A stretch of DNA of 64,000 bases from assembly GCA_016213925.1 (NCBI GenBank), contig JACQZH010000013.1:14034-78033 (forward strand). The letters are read 5' to 3'. Positions within the stretch are counted from its first letter, which is position 1. The number at the start of each line of letters is the position of its first letter. This document shows, in pieces, positions 20,330 to 30,380 of this stretch. Below the pieces are notes generated by a model. The model saw only the letters and a list, made by a program, of their open reading frames with translations, was not told where the DNA came from and ran no database searches. Source of the stretch: Candidatus Omnitrophota bacterium (GTDB lineage Bacteria > Omnitrophota > Gorgyraeia > B26-G9). Position numbers and translations under genes: made by a program.

Positions 20330-22504
20330 ATGAAAAATGCGAAAAACTTTTTTATCATTCTAATCTTAGCCTGCATCTTTTCTTTTTTTTATACTTGGAT
20401 GGCAGTGCGGGAGTTTAGCCCCTTTCAGGCGAAGTACAATGATGTTCCTGCTAAGTTGGATTTTGAGCTTCCGGCTAAGGATGTTTACCTGCTTAAAGTG
20501 AAAACTGAAGATGAATTACCAGAAATCAGTGTTAATGGGTATGTTTTAAAGAGTTTTTCCGAAAAAGCCTATAATAATGTTTTTATTAAAATCATTCCGC
20601 AGAATGCTGCCTTGAAAGGAGTAAACCGCCTGGTTGTTAAAGGCAGGGGCGATAAAAATGCGGATAAGCTTATTACTAAACTGAAAATCTCAAATTATTT
20701 GGCGAAAGATTCATCCGGCGGATTTCTGCTTTTGGCAGGGGCGCCGGTTCTTAGTCAATATCTCACAAGTAAAATAATTTTTTCCATTTTACTTGTATTG
20801 GTGATGGGAATAATTATCTTGGTGCTTAAATCAAATTTGGAGATTTTCAAGGTGCATGCTTTTGAATATAGGAAAAAATATTTGCTGCTTTTTTTATTCT
20901 GGTTTTCCGGTTTTACGGCAATGAGTGTTGTGCCTGCATTTTATAAGCTCAGGATAGCTTTTTATTCCGGCTCTTTCTTGAAGTTCAATATTTGTTATAT
21001 TCTTTTTATCGGTATGTTTTTATTTTTCCGGGTTGTATTTACAGCTTTTAAAAATTGGATTAAGTTTATCGGGCATAAGCTCAAAGAATGCGGTTCAGGG
21101 AAGGAAGATGATAAAGATGATTATAGTTACAGATCTTTGACCAGGGATATTATCCCGCAGGCTTTCTTGGCGGTTAAGGGCGCAAAAGGTTATCAGTGGA
21201 TAATCGCGGCGGTTGTTATTATTAATGTAGTGCTTAAAATTCATTTTATTGCCTCTAATTCAAAAGTGTTTTACCCTCCGGGAGGGGATGCAGCAGGGTT
21301 TGATTACTGTGCTGAACATCTGTTGAGCTGGTTTTTCAGCCCTGAAATGGTACGGCCTCCGGTCTACATATTCTTTTTAAAATTCATATATTTTTTAATT
21401 GGCATATTCCGGCTTGAAAAATTACCTGCGGTATATTTTGCCCACTGTTTGCTGGATGTCGGAACAATGCTTGCGGCGCTTTCCATGATTGAGATAATTT
21501 TCATAAAACTGAAGGCGAGGAACCTGTTAAAAATAACTTATGCTGTTTGTTATACTTTGTACTTTCCGTTTATAATTAATAGCGCGGCTATATTAAGGGA
21601 AACTTTGAATAATTTTCTCACGGCTTTGTTTTTGGTTTTTTTATTGAGATTTCATGTCGCGGAGGAAATGATGGTGAAACTGAAAATTGCAGGCAGGAAA
21701 GTTTCTTGTAATCTTAAAACGGGCTATCTTTTTACCGCGGCATTTTTTTTTACCATGACGTATCTTAACCGTGAGGATAATTTTTTGTATTTATTTTTTA
21801 TTTTGCCGTACTTTTGGTACCTGCATTTTTTTAAAAAACAAAACGGCTTTGGGAAAAAGGCGGTATTCTTTCTCGCGGTTATCGCGTTATTTAATCTGCC
21901 GTGGTTATTGCGCAATATTGTTTTTTCCCGCGAGTTTGTATGGCTTACAAAGCAAGGCGGCCTTAGCATTGCGCTTGGGCATATGTATGATTATCCTATC
22001 TTTGATGATCTGCGATGCCCTTACCTAAGTGATATGGCTGCTTCTTTTGCTGAAAAAAATGAACAATCCGGCAGTGGAATCAAAGCGGCTTTTTATTTTG
22101 TTAATCAATTATGGGCAAATCATACTTTTTGGGAAGTTTTTAAATTTTATATGACTAAAATTATAAATATGTTTAAAATTGCGCTTATCCTGTGTATATA
22201 TCCGATAAATCTGGGTTTCTACACCATATATACGACATTTATTAATGTTACGCATACGGTATTTTTAAGATTTTTTATTATATCTTGGCCGATATTATTT
22301 ATATACCGCAGGTTACTAAATCCTTGTATTATTTATGTTATTTTCATTTTCGCGCTTAAAATCTTAATGGCTTTGATGATGTTCGGATGCCCCAGGTATG
22401 CGTTTAATATGATTCCATATATGATTTTATTTGCGTGTTTTGCAATGTATATGCTGGTTGCAATGTTTGGGAAACTACTTAAAGTTTTGGGAAGAATAGT
22501 ATAA
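20330..22504 (+). CDS. GT-C-like (ArnT/PMT-like) membrane protein with an N-terminal beta-domain module
   Basis: GGDAAGFD, RPPVY, LRETL, PWLLRN and PRY motifs with many TM helices. Confidence 0.72.
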   Translation: MKNAKNFFIILILACIFSFFYTWMAVREFSPFQAKYNDVPAKLDFELPAKDVYLLKVKTEDELPEISVNGYVLKSFSEKAYNNVFIKIIPQNAALKGVNRLVVKGRGDKNADKLITKLKISNYLAKDSSGGFLLLAGAPVLSQYLTSKIIFSILLVLVMGIIILVLKSNLEIFKVHAFEYRKKYLLLFLFWFSGFTAMSVVPAFYKLRIAFYSGSFLKFNICYILFIGMFLFFRVVFTAFKNWIKFIGHKLKECGSGKEDDKDDYSYRSLTRDIIPQAFLAVKGAKGYQWIIAAVVIINVVLKIHFIASNSKVFYPPGGDAAGFDYCAEHLLSWFFSPEMVRPPVYIFFLKFIYFLIGIFRLEKLPAVYFAHCLLDVGTMLAALSMIEIIFIKLKARNLLKITYAVCYTLYFPFIINSAAILRETLNNFLTALFLVFLLRFHVAEEMMVKLKIAGRKVSCNLKTGYLFTAAFFFTMTYLNREDNFLYLFFILPYFWYLHFFKKQNGFGKKAVFFLAVIALFNLPWLLRNIVFSREFVWLTKQGGLSIALGHMYDYPIFDDLRCPYLSDMAASFAEKNEQSGSGIKAAFYFVNQLWANHTFWEVFKFYMTKIINMFKIALILCIYPINLGFYTIYTTFINVTHTVFLRFFIISWPILFIYRRLLNPCIIYVIFIFALKILMALMMFGCPRYAFNMIPYMILFACFAMYMLVAMFGKLLKVLGRIV

Positions 22505-24367
22505 ATGAAGTTGGAATTTTCAGAAAAAAAACTTGATTTTGTCCTGATGCTGGCGATATTTTTTATTGCTTGCCTGATAGTTTTTTCTAATCTTGGCATC
22601 AAATATTCGTTTGTCGGTGATGATCCTGGTGTGTCAATGCAGTTTCTTGAAGGCGTGAACAGATATGATTGCTACCTCTGGAATGAGTATGTGGGTGCCG
22701 GAGCTCCTTTGCCCAGCGGGGTCCAGTCATTAGCCTGGAATACCTTATTAAGGGTTATTGGGTTATTCGTTGCGCAAAAATTTATAATCCGCATTATGAG
22801 TATTTTATTTTTTAGCTTATGCGGAATGTCAATGTATTATCTTGTGCATATGATATCAAAGACAGAAGGCATGATGCGTAAAGACACGCGTTTTTTAAAA
22901 CTGGGGGCTTTTATCGGCGCGCTTGTTTATATGATGAACCATCTAATTATGATTTTGCTGAATTTTCCTTTGTCGAAATTGCAGTTTCCTTATTGCATAT
23001 ATCCATTTATTATTGCGTTGTTTATTTATGCATTACATAAGCCGATGCCTTTTTATAAGATTTTTATTTCAGCAATGCTTTTATTAATATTATTTTGCGG
23101 GAATCCAGCAAACATGGTAGTTATTTTTAATATTTTACTTCTATATTTTATATATTTTATTTTTATTAAAACAGGGGCAAAGGAACAGTTGTTTCGAAAA
23201 CTAGCTGTATTTTTATGTGTTACGGTATTGTTCTTGTTGTTTACTGCTTTTATATGGCTGCCTACTTTGCTGTTACCTCTTTATGGAGAGGCTTTGGCAA
23301 AAGTGGATAATGCTAATTTTTTAAATGATGTTAGTTTTAACAGCCATCGAAGCTCGTTTTTATCCTTGTGGCGGTTGGACGGTTATATGTGTTTTCTAAA
23401 TTTTCCTTTTGCCGGCCAATACTATTCCAATGCTTTTTTGGTATTTTTGGGGTTTGCGGTTTACACGCTTTTACCTTTTAGCGTGCTTTTGTTTTTTCGG
23501 AAAAGCCGGTTTATTAATTATTTTGTTTTTGTTTATTTAATGTTTCTTTTTTTTGCAAAGGGAACGTATCCGCCGGGAAGAGTAGTTTTTGAATGGGTTT
23601 TTATCCATGTGCCGTATTTTGCCATGTTTAAATCGCAGTACATAAAATTGATTGTAGTGCCGGTAATATTAGGAGCGGTTTTCAGCGGTTTTTCCTCTGC
23701 GAAAATTTTATCCGAGTCGCCGAAATCTTATTTACGTTTTTTTATTGGTTTGGTTGCGATGATAATCGGATATAATCATATTTTTGTCGATGGAAGCTGG
23801 AATTATAAGTCTTTTTTGACGGAAATCCCCGCGGATTATCAGCAAACAGCCGATTTTATAAATTCGCTTGGCGGTAATAAAAGGATACTAATGTGCCCTG
23901 AGACTTCCGGTTTTCAGATTTCCGGCTGGAAAAAGGAAGATGAGACCTGGGCCAGGCATCATCTGAATGATTATCAGCAGATGTATGTTGGGGGATTGAT
24001 ACATCCGTATGTGTTCAATAAACCTTGTTTGAATATGTGGTATTTTAAAAAGTATTTTTCTTCGGAGGAGAATGCGGAATTCCCATACTTATTTCCTTCG
24101 ATATTTTTAAGGCTTAAGTACTATGATGTGGGGTATATATGCCTTGAAAAGAGTTTTTTGGATGAATATAACGGCGGATTTGGCTGCGGCAATATGATAT
24201 TAAACGGCTATAAAAAATATCAGGATTATAAGGAAATATTAAAAAAAACTAATGGCTTGGCCCTGGTTTTGGATACGCCTAACTGGTCGGTATATAAGAT
24301 TTCCGATGACATGACTTGCGCAAAAATTTATTCCAGCTATGAGGATGAGTTGTATAACACCAAGTAG
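22505..24367 (+). CDS. Polytopic GT-C-like membrane protein (AftD/YfhO-like N-terminal part)
   Basis: GDD loop after TM1, YLWN, AKGTYPP, FAMFKS, EIPADY...RIL. Ends KIYSS without the usual final domain. Confidence 0.6.
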   Translation: MKLEFSEKKLDFVLMLAIFFIACLIVFSNLGIKYSFVGDDPGVSMQFLEGVNRYDCYLWNEYVGAGAPLPSGVQSLAWNTLLRVIGLFVAQKFIIRIMSILFFSLCGMSMYYLVHMISKTEGMMRKDTRFLKLGAFIGALVYMMNHLIMILLNFPLSKLQFPYCIYPFIIALFIYALHKPMPFYKIFISAMLLLILFCGNPANMVVIFNILLLYFIYFIFIKTGAKEQLFRKLAVFLCVTVLFLLFTAFIWLPTLLLPLYGEALAKVDNANFLNDVSFNSHRSSFLSLWRLDGYMCFLNFPFAGQYYSNAFLVFLGFAVYTLLPFSVLLFFRKSRFINYFVFVYLMFLFFAKGTYPPGRVVFEWVFIHVPYFAMFKSQYIKLIVVPVILGAVFSGFSSAKILSESPKSYLRFFIGLVAMIIGYNHIFVDGSWNYKSFLTEIPADYQQTADFINSLGGNKRILMCPETSGFQISGWKKEDETWARHHLNDYQQMYVGGLIHPYVFNKPCLNMWYFKKYFSSEENAEFPYLFPSIFLRLKYYDVGYICLEKSFLDEYNGGFGCGNMILNGYKKYQDYKEILKKTNGLALVLDTPNWSVYKISDDMTCAKIYSSYEDELYNTK

Positions 24368-24404
24368 GAAGAGGCTGTTCTTAAATGAAGAGGAAAGTTT
24401 TAGT

Positions 24405-25334
24405 ATGAATAAAAACAGTAAGATTCTTATTGTCGGGTATAAAAGCATGCTTGGCAATGCTCTTGCCGATTATTTCAAAACGGAGGGTTTTAAAAATATT
24501 TTAAGCGAAGTTTTAAATAGTTTTGATTTGATGAGCCAAAGCGCGGTTAATGATTTTTTTGCGAAGGAAGAACCGGAGTTTATTTTTATGACTGATGTTA
24601 GATCCGGAGGTATTGTAGCTAATCTGGAAAGCCCGGCAGAATTTATTTATACTAATTTGCAGGTACAAAACAATATTATCCATGCCGCTTATGAGTACGC
24701 GGCGGAAAAACTTTTATTTTTGGGTAGTTCCTGCGGGTATCCTAAAGATTGTCAGCAGCCGATTAAGGAAGAGTATTTTCTTGGCGGAAAAATTGAAGAG
24801 TCAAGCGCTCCTTACGCGGTTTCCAAGATTGCAGGGATCAAGATGTGCCAGGCTTATCAAAAGCAGTACGGAGTAAATTTTATTTGTGCTGTACCTGCTA
24901 CGGTTTATGGGGGTAATGATGATTTTGACCTGAAGAGTTCGCATGTTATAAGCGCGTTGATCAGAAAATTTCATGAAGCAAAATTAAAAAATGAGGACGA
25001 GGTTAGTATCTGGGGCACAGGCAATCCTAAACGGGAGTTTTTGTATATAGATGATATGGTCAAAGCCTGTGTATTTTTGATGAATAATTATAAAAACCCT
25101 GAGATTATTAATGTTGGTTATGGAGAAGATATCAGCATCAAGGAGCTGGCTAAAACCATAAAGGATGTGGTTGGCTTTAAAGGGAAGACAGTTTTTGATA
25201 GTACAAAACCGGATGGAGCAATGCGGAAACTTTTGGATAGTACAAAAATATTTGGTCTGGGTTGGAGCCCGAAAATTAACCTAAAAATGGGAATAGAAAG
25301 AACATATAAATGGTACAAGGAGGGAGTAAAATGA
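24405..25334 (+). CDS. fcl: GDP-L-fucose synthase-like 3,5-epimerase/4-reductase
   Basis: GGIVAN, FLGSSCGYP, YAVSKIAG, SHVISALIRKF, WGTGNPKREFLY, KPDG. The Rossmann motif is divergent (GYKSMLG). Start ATG 24405. Confidence 0.85.
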   Translation: MNKNSKILIVGYKSMLGNALADYFKTEGFKNILSEVLNSFDLMSQSAVNDFFAKEEPEFIFMTDVRSGGIVANLESPAEFIYTNLQVQNNIIHAAYEYAAEKLLFLGSSCGYPKDCQQPIKEEYFLGGKIEESSAPYAVSKIAGIKMCQAYQKQYGVNFICAVPATVYGGNDDFDLKSSHVISALIRKFHEAKLKNEDEVSIWGTGNPKREFLYIDDMVKACVFLMNNYKNPEIINVGYGEDISIKELAKTIKDVVGFKGKTVFDSTKPDGAMRKLLDSTKIFGLGWSPKINLKMGIERTYKWYKEGVK

Positions 25335-26263
25335 AAATATTAGTTACAGGAGCTGCTGGTTATATCGGGTCGATTTTAGTGCCGGAATTATTGGAAAAAG
25401 GCCATGAGGTTATTGCTTTGGATAATTTTATGTATAACCAAAGCTCTCTATTGAACAGTTGTTTTGATAAAAAATTAACGGTGATAAGAGGCGATACTCG
25501 CGATAAGGGCATTATTGCTAATTGCTTAAAAAAGACGGATGCTATTTTTCCGCTTGCTTGTTTAACCGGTGCTCCGCTATGCAATAAATTCCCGCAGGAG
25601 GCGCAATCAATTGTTGTGGATGCCATACAAATGATCCTGGAACTGCGTAGTAAGGAGCAGATGATTATCTACCCGACTACGAATAGCGGTTACGGTATCG
25701 GGCAAAAGGGCATTCATTGTGATGAAAAAACACCTTTAAATCCGATTTCATTGTACGGTAAGGTCAAAGTCGAAGCGGAAGAAAAGCTTCTTGCTTCTGG
25801 TAATGCGATTACTTTAAGGCTGGCTACCGCGTTTGGCGTCAGCCCGCGCATGCGGCTTGATTTGTTGGTGAATGATTTTGTCTACCGGGCTGTAAATGAC
25901 CGCTTTATTATACTTTTTGAAGCAGGTTTTAAACGCAATTATATACACGTACGCGATGTTGCAAAAGCTTTTATGCATTCATTAAACAATTTTAAGAAAA
26001 TGAAGAATGAGCCGTATAATGTCGGGCTTAGTGATGCTAATTTGAGTAAATGGGAATTATGCGAAGAAATAAAAAAACAGGTGCCTGATTTTTATTTTGT
26101 CGAAGCAGAGGTGGGAGAGGATCCGGATAAACGTGATTATATTGTAAGTAATGAGAAAATTGAAAAAACAGGATTTAACCCGGATTTTTCTTTAAAACGA
26201 GGGATAGAAGAATTAATAAAAGCTTATCAGATAATCAGGAGAAATCAGTTTGCCAATATTTAG
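25331..26263 (+). CDS. NAD-dependent epimerase/dehydratase
   Basis: ILVTGAAGYIG, YGKVK, LRLATAFGVSPRMRLDLLVN. Start ATG 25331. Confidence 0.88.
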   Translation: MKILVTGAAGYIGSILVPELLEKGHEVIALDNFMYNQSSLLNSCFDKKLTVIRGDTRDKGIIANCLKKTDAIFPLACLTGAPLCNKFPQEAQSIVVDAIQMILELRSKEQMIIYPTTNSGYGIGQKGIHCDEKTPLNPISLYGKVKVEAEEKLLASGNAITLRLATAFGVSPRMRLDLLVNDFVYRAVNDRFIILFEAGFKRNYIHVRDVAKAFMHSLNNFKKMKNEPYNVGLSDANLSKWELCEEIKKQVPDFYFVEAEVGEDPDKRDYIVSNEKIEKTGFNPDFSLKRGIEELIKAYQIIRRNQFANI

Positions 26264-26309
26264 GCTTAGTTATATAATATTATTTCTCTTAAATTAAGGA
26301 GGATAGATT

Positions 26310-27305
26310 GTGATCATAAGTAAAACACCGTTCAGGATATCATTCTTCGGCGGAGGCACGGATTATCCTGTTTGGTATGAAGCCAATAGCGGAGCAGTAT
26401 TGTCAACGACAATAGACAAATATTGTTATCTTACCTGCCGGTATCTTCCGCCTTTCTTTGAACATAAGCACCGGATAGTTTATTCAAAGATTGATACAGT
26501 TAGGAATATCGCGGATATCCGCCATCCTGCGGTAAGGGCTTTGTTACAGTTTATGGATATACATAAGGGTATGGAAATCCATCATGATGGCGATTTGCCG
26601 GCGCGTACAGGACTGGGATCGAGTTCTGCGTTTACGGTCGGCTTATTATATTCATTATATGCTTTAAAAGGTATGATGCCGACAAAGCATCGTTTGGCAC
26701 AAGAAGCTATCCACATTGAGCGTGATGTGCTTAAAGAGCATGTTGGTTCGCAGGACCAAGTGGCTGTGGCTTATGGCGGTTTTAATGAGATAAGCTTTAC
26801 CCAAGACGGAAATTTCAGGGTTGAGCCGGTTGTTATTAATCGGCAGAGGCTAAACAATCTGCAGGAACATATCATGCTGTATTTTACCGGTTTTTCCCGG
26901 ATTGCCTCAAAAATAGCCAAGCGTCAGATAAAAGATACACCTAAAAGGAGCAATGAATTAAAAGCGATGCATCAAATGGTGGAAGAAGCGAAAAAGATTT
27001 TGTATAGTGATAACGGGCTTGTTGATTTCGGTAAATTACTTCATGAAGCCTGGCTGCTAAAACGGTCACTGACGCATAAAATTTCTAATATGCAGATTGA
27101 TGATATTTACTCGCAGGCGCTTTGTGCCGGCGCTATAGGCGGAAAACTTCTGGGAGCCGGCGGCGGAGGGTTCATGATATTATTCGTAAAACCTGAATTG
27201 AAAAACAAAGTTAGGAAAAGATTATCGAAGCTGTTGGAAGTTAATTTCCAGTTTGAATCAGAAGGCAGCCAGATAATATTTTATAAAGATTCCAGTATAA
27301 TTTAA
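26310..27305 (+). CDS. hddA: D-glycero-D-manno-heptose 7-phosphate kinase-like GHMP kinase
   Basis: TPFRISFFGGGTD, LPARTGLGSS, GSQDQ, GKLLGAGGGGF. Confidence 0.88.
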   Translation: MIISKTPFRISFFGGGTDYPVWYEANSGAVLSTTIDKYCYLTCRYLPPFFEHKHRIVYSKIDTVRNIADIRHPAVRALLQFMDIHKGMEIHHDGDLPARTGLGSSSAFTVGLLYSLYALKGMMPTKHRLAQEAIHIERDVLKEHVGSQDQVAVAYGGFNEISFTQDGNFRVEPVVINRQRLNNLQEHIMLYFTGFSRIASKIAKRQIKDTPKRSNELKAMHQMVEEAKKILYSDNGLVDFGKLLHEAWLLKRSLTHKISNMQIDDIYSQALCAGAIGGKLLGAGGGGFMILFVKPELKNKVRKRLSKLLEVNFQFESEGSQIIFYKDSSII

Positions 27306-27319
27306 AGAAGAGGACTGAT

Positions 27320-28150
27320 GTGAAAAAAAACGTAAAATTAACTGATTTTTTGGAAAAGAAAGCCTTTGATGTAAGGCGCAGGACCTTATCTATTCACGGG
27401 TTGGCGCCTGAAACAAGAGTGGCTTCTTCATTGTCGTGTGTGGAAATATTTGTTGCTTTATATTACGGGAAAATACTGAAATTTAAAGCGACGGATCTGC
27501 AATGGGATAAAAGGGACCGTTTTATTATAAGTAAAGGCCATGGTGCTATTTCTTTATACCCTATTCTTGCGGACCTTGGTTTTTTTAGTAAGTATGAATT
27601 GCTTAAAGTCGGTACAAAAGATTCTTTTTTGGGAGGTATACCTGACCCTGTAATCCCCGGATTTGAAACAGTTAACGGTTCTCTGGGGCATGGATTGGGA
27701 GTTGCGTGCGGGATTGCAGTAGGGCTTAAGAGAAAAAAGAAAAAAGAATCAGTTTTTGTTCTTAACGGCGATGGGGAAATGTCCGAAGGTTCTGTATGGG
27801 AAGCGATAATGTTTGCCGGACACCATAAGCTGGATAATATTACTTTGATTGTGGATAATAATAAAATCGGCATGCTTGATTATTGTAAAAACGTGATTGA
27901 TCTTGCTCCTCTTGAGGAAAAATTTAAGGTGTTTGGCTGGCATTCGGAAACGGTAGACGGGCATAATATGCAAAAAGTTTATGATATTCTAAAATATTTA
28001 AAAGAAAAAAGGACCAACAAACCCAAGGTATTGATAGCCGATACGATTAAAGGTAAAGGGGTGCCTTCGCTTGAATGCGATGTGCTTTGCCATATAAGGA
28101 ACCTTTCTAAGAATGAGATAGATAAACTTTTAAAAGATAAGGAGTTTTAA
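27320..28150 (+). CDS. Transketolase N-terminal (TPP-binding) subunit
   Basis: RDRFIISKGH, GSLGHGL, GDGEMSEG...NN, TIKGKG. Confidence 0.9.
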   Translation: MKKNVKLTDFLEKKAFDVRRRTLSIHGLAPETRVASSLSCVEIFVALYYGKILKFKATDLQWDKRDRFIISKGHGAISLYPILADLGFFSKYELLKVGTKDSFLGGIPDPVIPGFETVNGSLGHGLGVACGIAVGLKRKKKKESVFVLNGDGEMSEGSVWEAIMFAGHHKLDNITLIVDNNKIGMLDYCKNVIDLAPLEEKFKVFGWHSETVDGHNMQKVYDILKYLKEKRTNKPKVLIADTIKGKGVPSLECDVLCHIRNLSKNEIDKLLKDKEF

Positions 28151-29109
28151 TGGAACAAGTTAAACAAAAGACGATGCGGGATGCCTTCTTGGAGCAGCTC
28201 TATAATCAAATGCAGAAAAGAGAGGATCTTTTTTTTGTTAGCGCTGATTTCGGTTCCCCTGTTTTGGACAAAATCAGGACAGAATTTAAAAATAATTTTA
28301 TTAATGTAGGCATCGCCGAACAAAATCTTATTAATGTTGCAACAGGCCTGGCTTTGGAAGGATTTATTGTCTATGCTTATGCGATTGCTCCTTTTTTATC
28401 AATGCGTGCGTATGAACAAATCAGGACTAATCTGGCATTGCTCTCGCAGATAAAGCAGGTTAATGTAAACTTAATCGGAGTAGGCGCGGGCTTAAGCTAT
28501 GATGTTTCCGGGCCGACGCATCATTGCCTTGAGGATATAACTTTGATGAGGCTGCTTCCGAATATAATGCTATTTTCCCCGGCTGACTGGGTAACAGCAA
28601 AGTGTTGTGCGGATTTTTCGATTGATGTTAAACAGCCGAAATATCTGCGTTTTGACGCGAAACCTTTACCGGCAATTTATGCTGATTTTAAAAATATTGA
28701 TATGGAAAAGGGTTTTTGCGAATTGAAGAAAGGGAATGATGTTTGTTTTGTGTCTACTGGGTATATGACGCACCGGGCACTGGAGCTTTCAGGTATACTG
28801 CTAAAAGACGGCATAAACTGTGGAATAATTGATATATTTATGTTAAAGCCTTTTGATGAAAAAGCCCTTCAGAAAGCCATGAAAAAATATAGGGCAGTTA
28901 TAGCTCTGGAAGAGTCTTTCGGGGAAAAGGGAGGGCTTGATAGTATTTTGTTTAATTTAATTTCCGGGCTAAATAAGGAAATGATCTATAAGAATTTTGG
29001 TTTTGCCGATAAATATGTGTTTGAATTGGGAAGCCGCAAAGAGTTACATGAACAAAACGGGTTGTCGGATAAGGTGTTGCTTGATGCAGTTAAAAAATGT
29101 CTGAATTAA
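28150..29109 (+). CDS. Transketolase C-terminal subunit
   Basis: NVGIAEQN, RAYEQIR, GPTHH, PKYLRF. Confidence 0.9.
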   Translation: MEQVKQKTMRDAFLEQLYNQMQKREDLFFVSADFGSPVLDKIRTEFKNNFINVGIAEQNLINVATGLALEGFIVYAYAIAPFLSMRAYEQIRTNLALLSQIKQVNVNLIGVGAGLSYDVSGPTHHCLEDITLMRLLPNIMLFSPADWVTAKCCADFSIDVKQPKYLRFDAKPLPAIYADFKNIDMEKGFCELKKGNDVCFVSTGYMTHRALELSGILLKDGINCGIIDIFMLKPFDEKALQKAMKKYRAVIALEESFGEKGGLDSILFNLISGLNKEMIYKNFGFADKYVFELGSRKELHEQNGLSDKVLLDAVKKCLN

Positions 29110-29121
29110 AAAAACAAAATA

Positions 29122-30330
29122 ATGAAAGGCAATATTATGAAAATTCCCTTTGGCACTATTTCTATAACAGATAAAGCAAAGATGCTTGTCAATGAGGCTC
29201 TTGAATCAAAAAAGGTTTCGCAAGGCAAATTTGTTCGTGAATTTGAGGAAAAATACGCGGAATTAGTCGGCAGTAAGGAAGCTGTGGCGTTAAGCAGCGG
29301 GACTGACGCGGATATCCTAGCTTTAGCTGTGCTTTATGATTTTGGCGCTTGCCGCGGGGATGAAGTTATTATTCCGTCGCTTTCTTTTGTGGCAACGGGA
29401 AACGCGGTTTTACAGGCGGGGTTTATTCCTATATTTGTCGATATTGAAAGAAATACTTTAAATATAAATCCGGATAAAATTGAAGCGGCAATAACGGATA
29501 AGACCAGAGCGATTATGCCGGTGCATTTGATGGGAAAACCGGCACAAATGGATAAAATAAATGCAATAGCTAAAAAGCATAAGCTTTTTGTTATTGAAGA
29601 CGCAGCTGAGGCGCATGGTGCTGTATATAAAGGAAAAAATATCGGTACTTGGGGAGATATGGCGGCGTATAGCCTTTACGTCGCGCATATTATTACAACT
29701 ATAGAAGGCGGAGTTGTTGTTACAGACAGGCCTGATTTTGCCGATGTTTTAAGGTCATTGCGTTCACACGGCAGATTTTGTAAATGTAATAAGTGTGTAA
29801 TGAGTACCGGCGCGGTTACTTGTTCGAAACGTTTTAAAAAAGGGCAGGATCTAAGGTTTTTCTTTGAACGTGTGGGCTATTCTTCAAAAATGAATGAGCT
29901 TGAAGCAGCTGTAGGGCTGGGCAATCTTGAAATATATGATGAAATTCTTAGCAAACGCCGGGAAAATCTTAGGTATCTGTTTGAAAATTTTACTCAATTT
30001 GCACCGCTTCTTAATACTATTACCGAAGAAGAATATGAGGAAATTGGGCCACATGCGTTTCCGGTAATTGTCGGAGAAAGAGCGGGCTTTACCCGCGATG
30101 AATTAGTTGAGTACCTGAAAAATAAAGGCATAGATTCGCGTAATTTGTTTTTATCTATGCCTACACAGTGCCCTGGATTTGAGTTTCTTGGGCATAAACT
30201 CGGTGAATTCCCAGAGGCAGAATACGTTGCGGATAACGGTTTTCATATCGGTATACATCAGGATATCGGAGTAAAAGAGTGCCGGTACTTTTTGGATAGT
30301 GTAAAGGAATTTTTGAAAGACAATGCTTAA
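29122..30330 (+). CDS. DegT-family PLP/PMP enzyme with His replacing Lys (E1/DdhC- or ColD-like sugar 3-dehydratase)
   Basis: SSGTDA, MPVHLMG, EDAAEAHG, SLYVAHIITTIEGG, and a Cys cluster CKCNKC-x8-C. Confidence 0.8.
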   Translation: MKGNIMKIPFGTISITDKAKMLVNEALESKKVSQGKFVREFEEKYAELVGSKEAVALSSGTDADILALAVLYDFGACRGDEVIIPSLSFVATGNAVLQAGFIPIFVDIERNTLNINPDKIEAAITDKTRAIMPVHLMGKPAQMDKINAIAKKHKLFVIEDAAEAHGAVYKGKNIGTWGDMAAYSLYVAHIITTIEGGVVVTDRPDFADVLRSLRSHGRFCKCNKCVMSTGAVTCSKRFKKGQDLRFFFERVGYSSKMNELEAAVGLGNLEIYDEILSKRRENLRYLFENFTQFAPLLNTITEEEYEEIGPHAFPVIVGERAGFTRDELVEYLKNKGIDSRNLFLSMPTQCPGFEFLGHKLGEFPEAEYVADNGFHIGIHQDIGVKECRYFLDSVKEFLKDNA

Positions 30331-30380
30331 GTAGATATTTAGTATAGAATTAAAGCGAACAAATAAGGATTATTTAAAAG

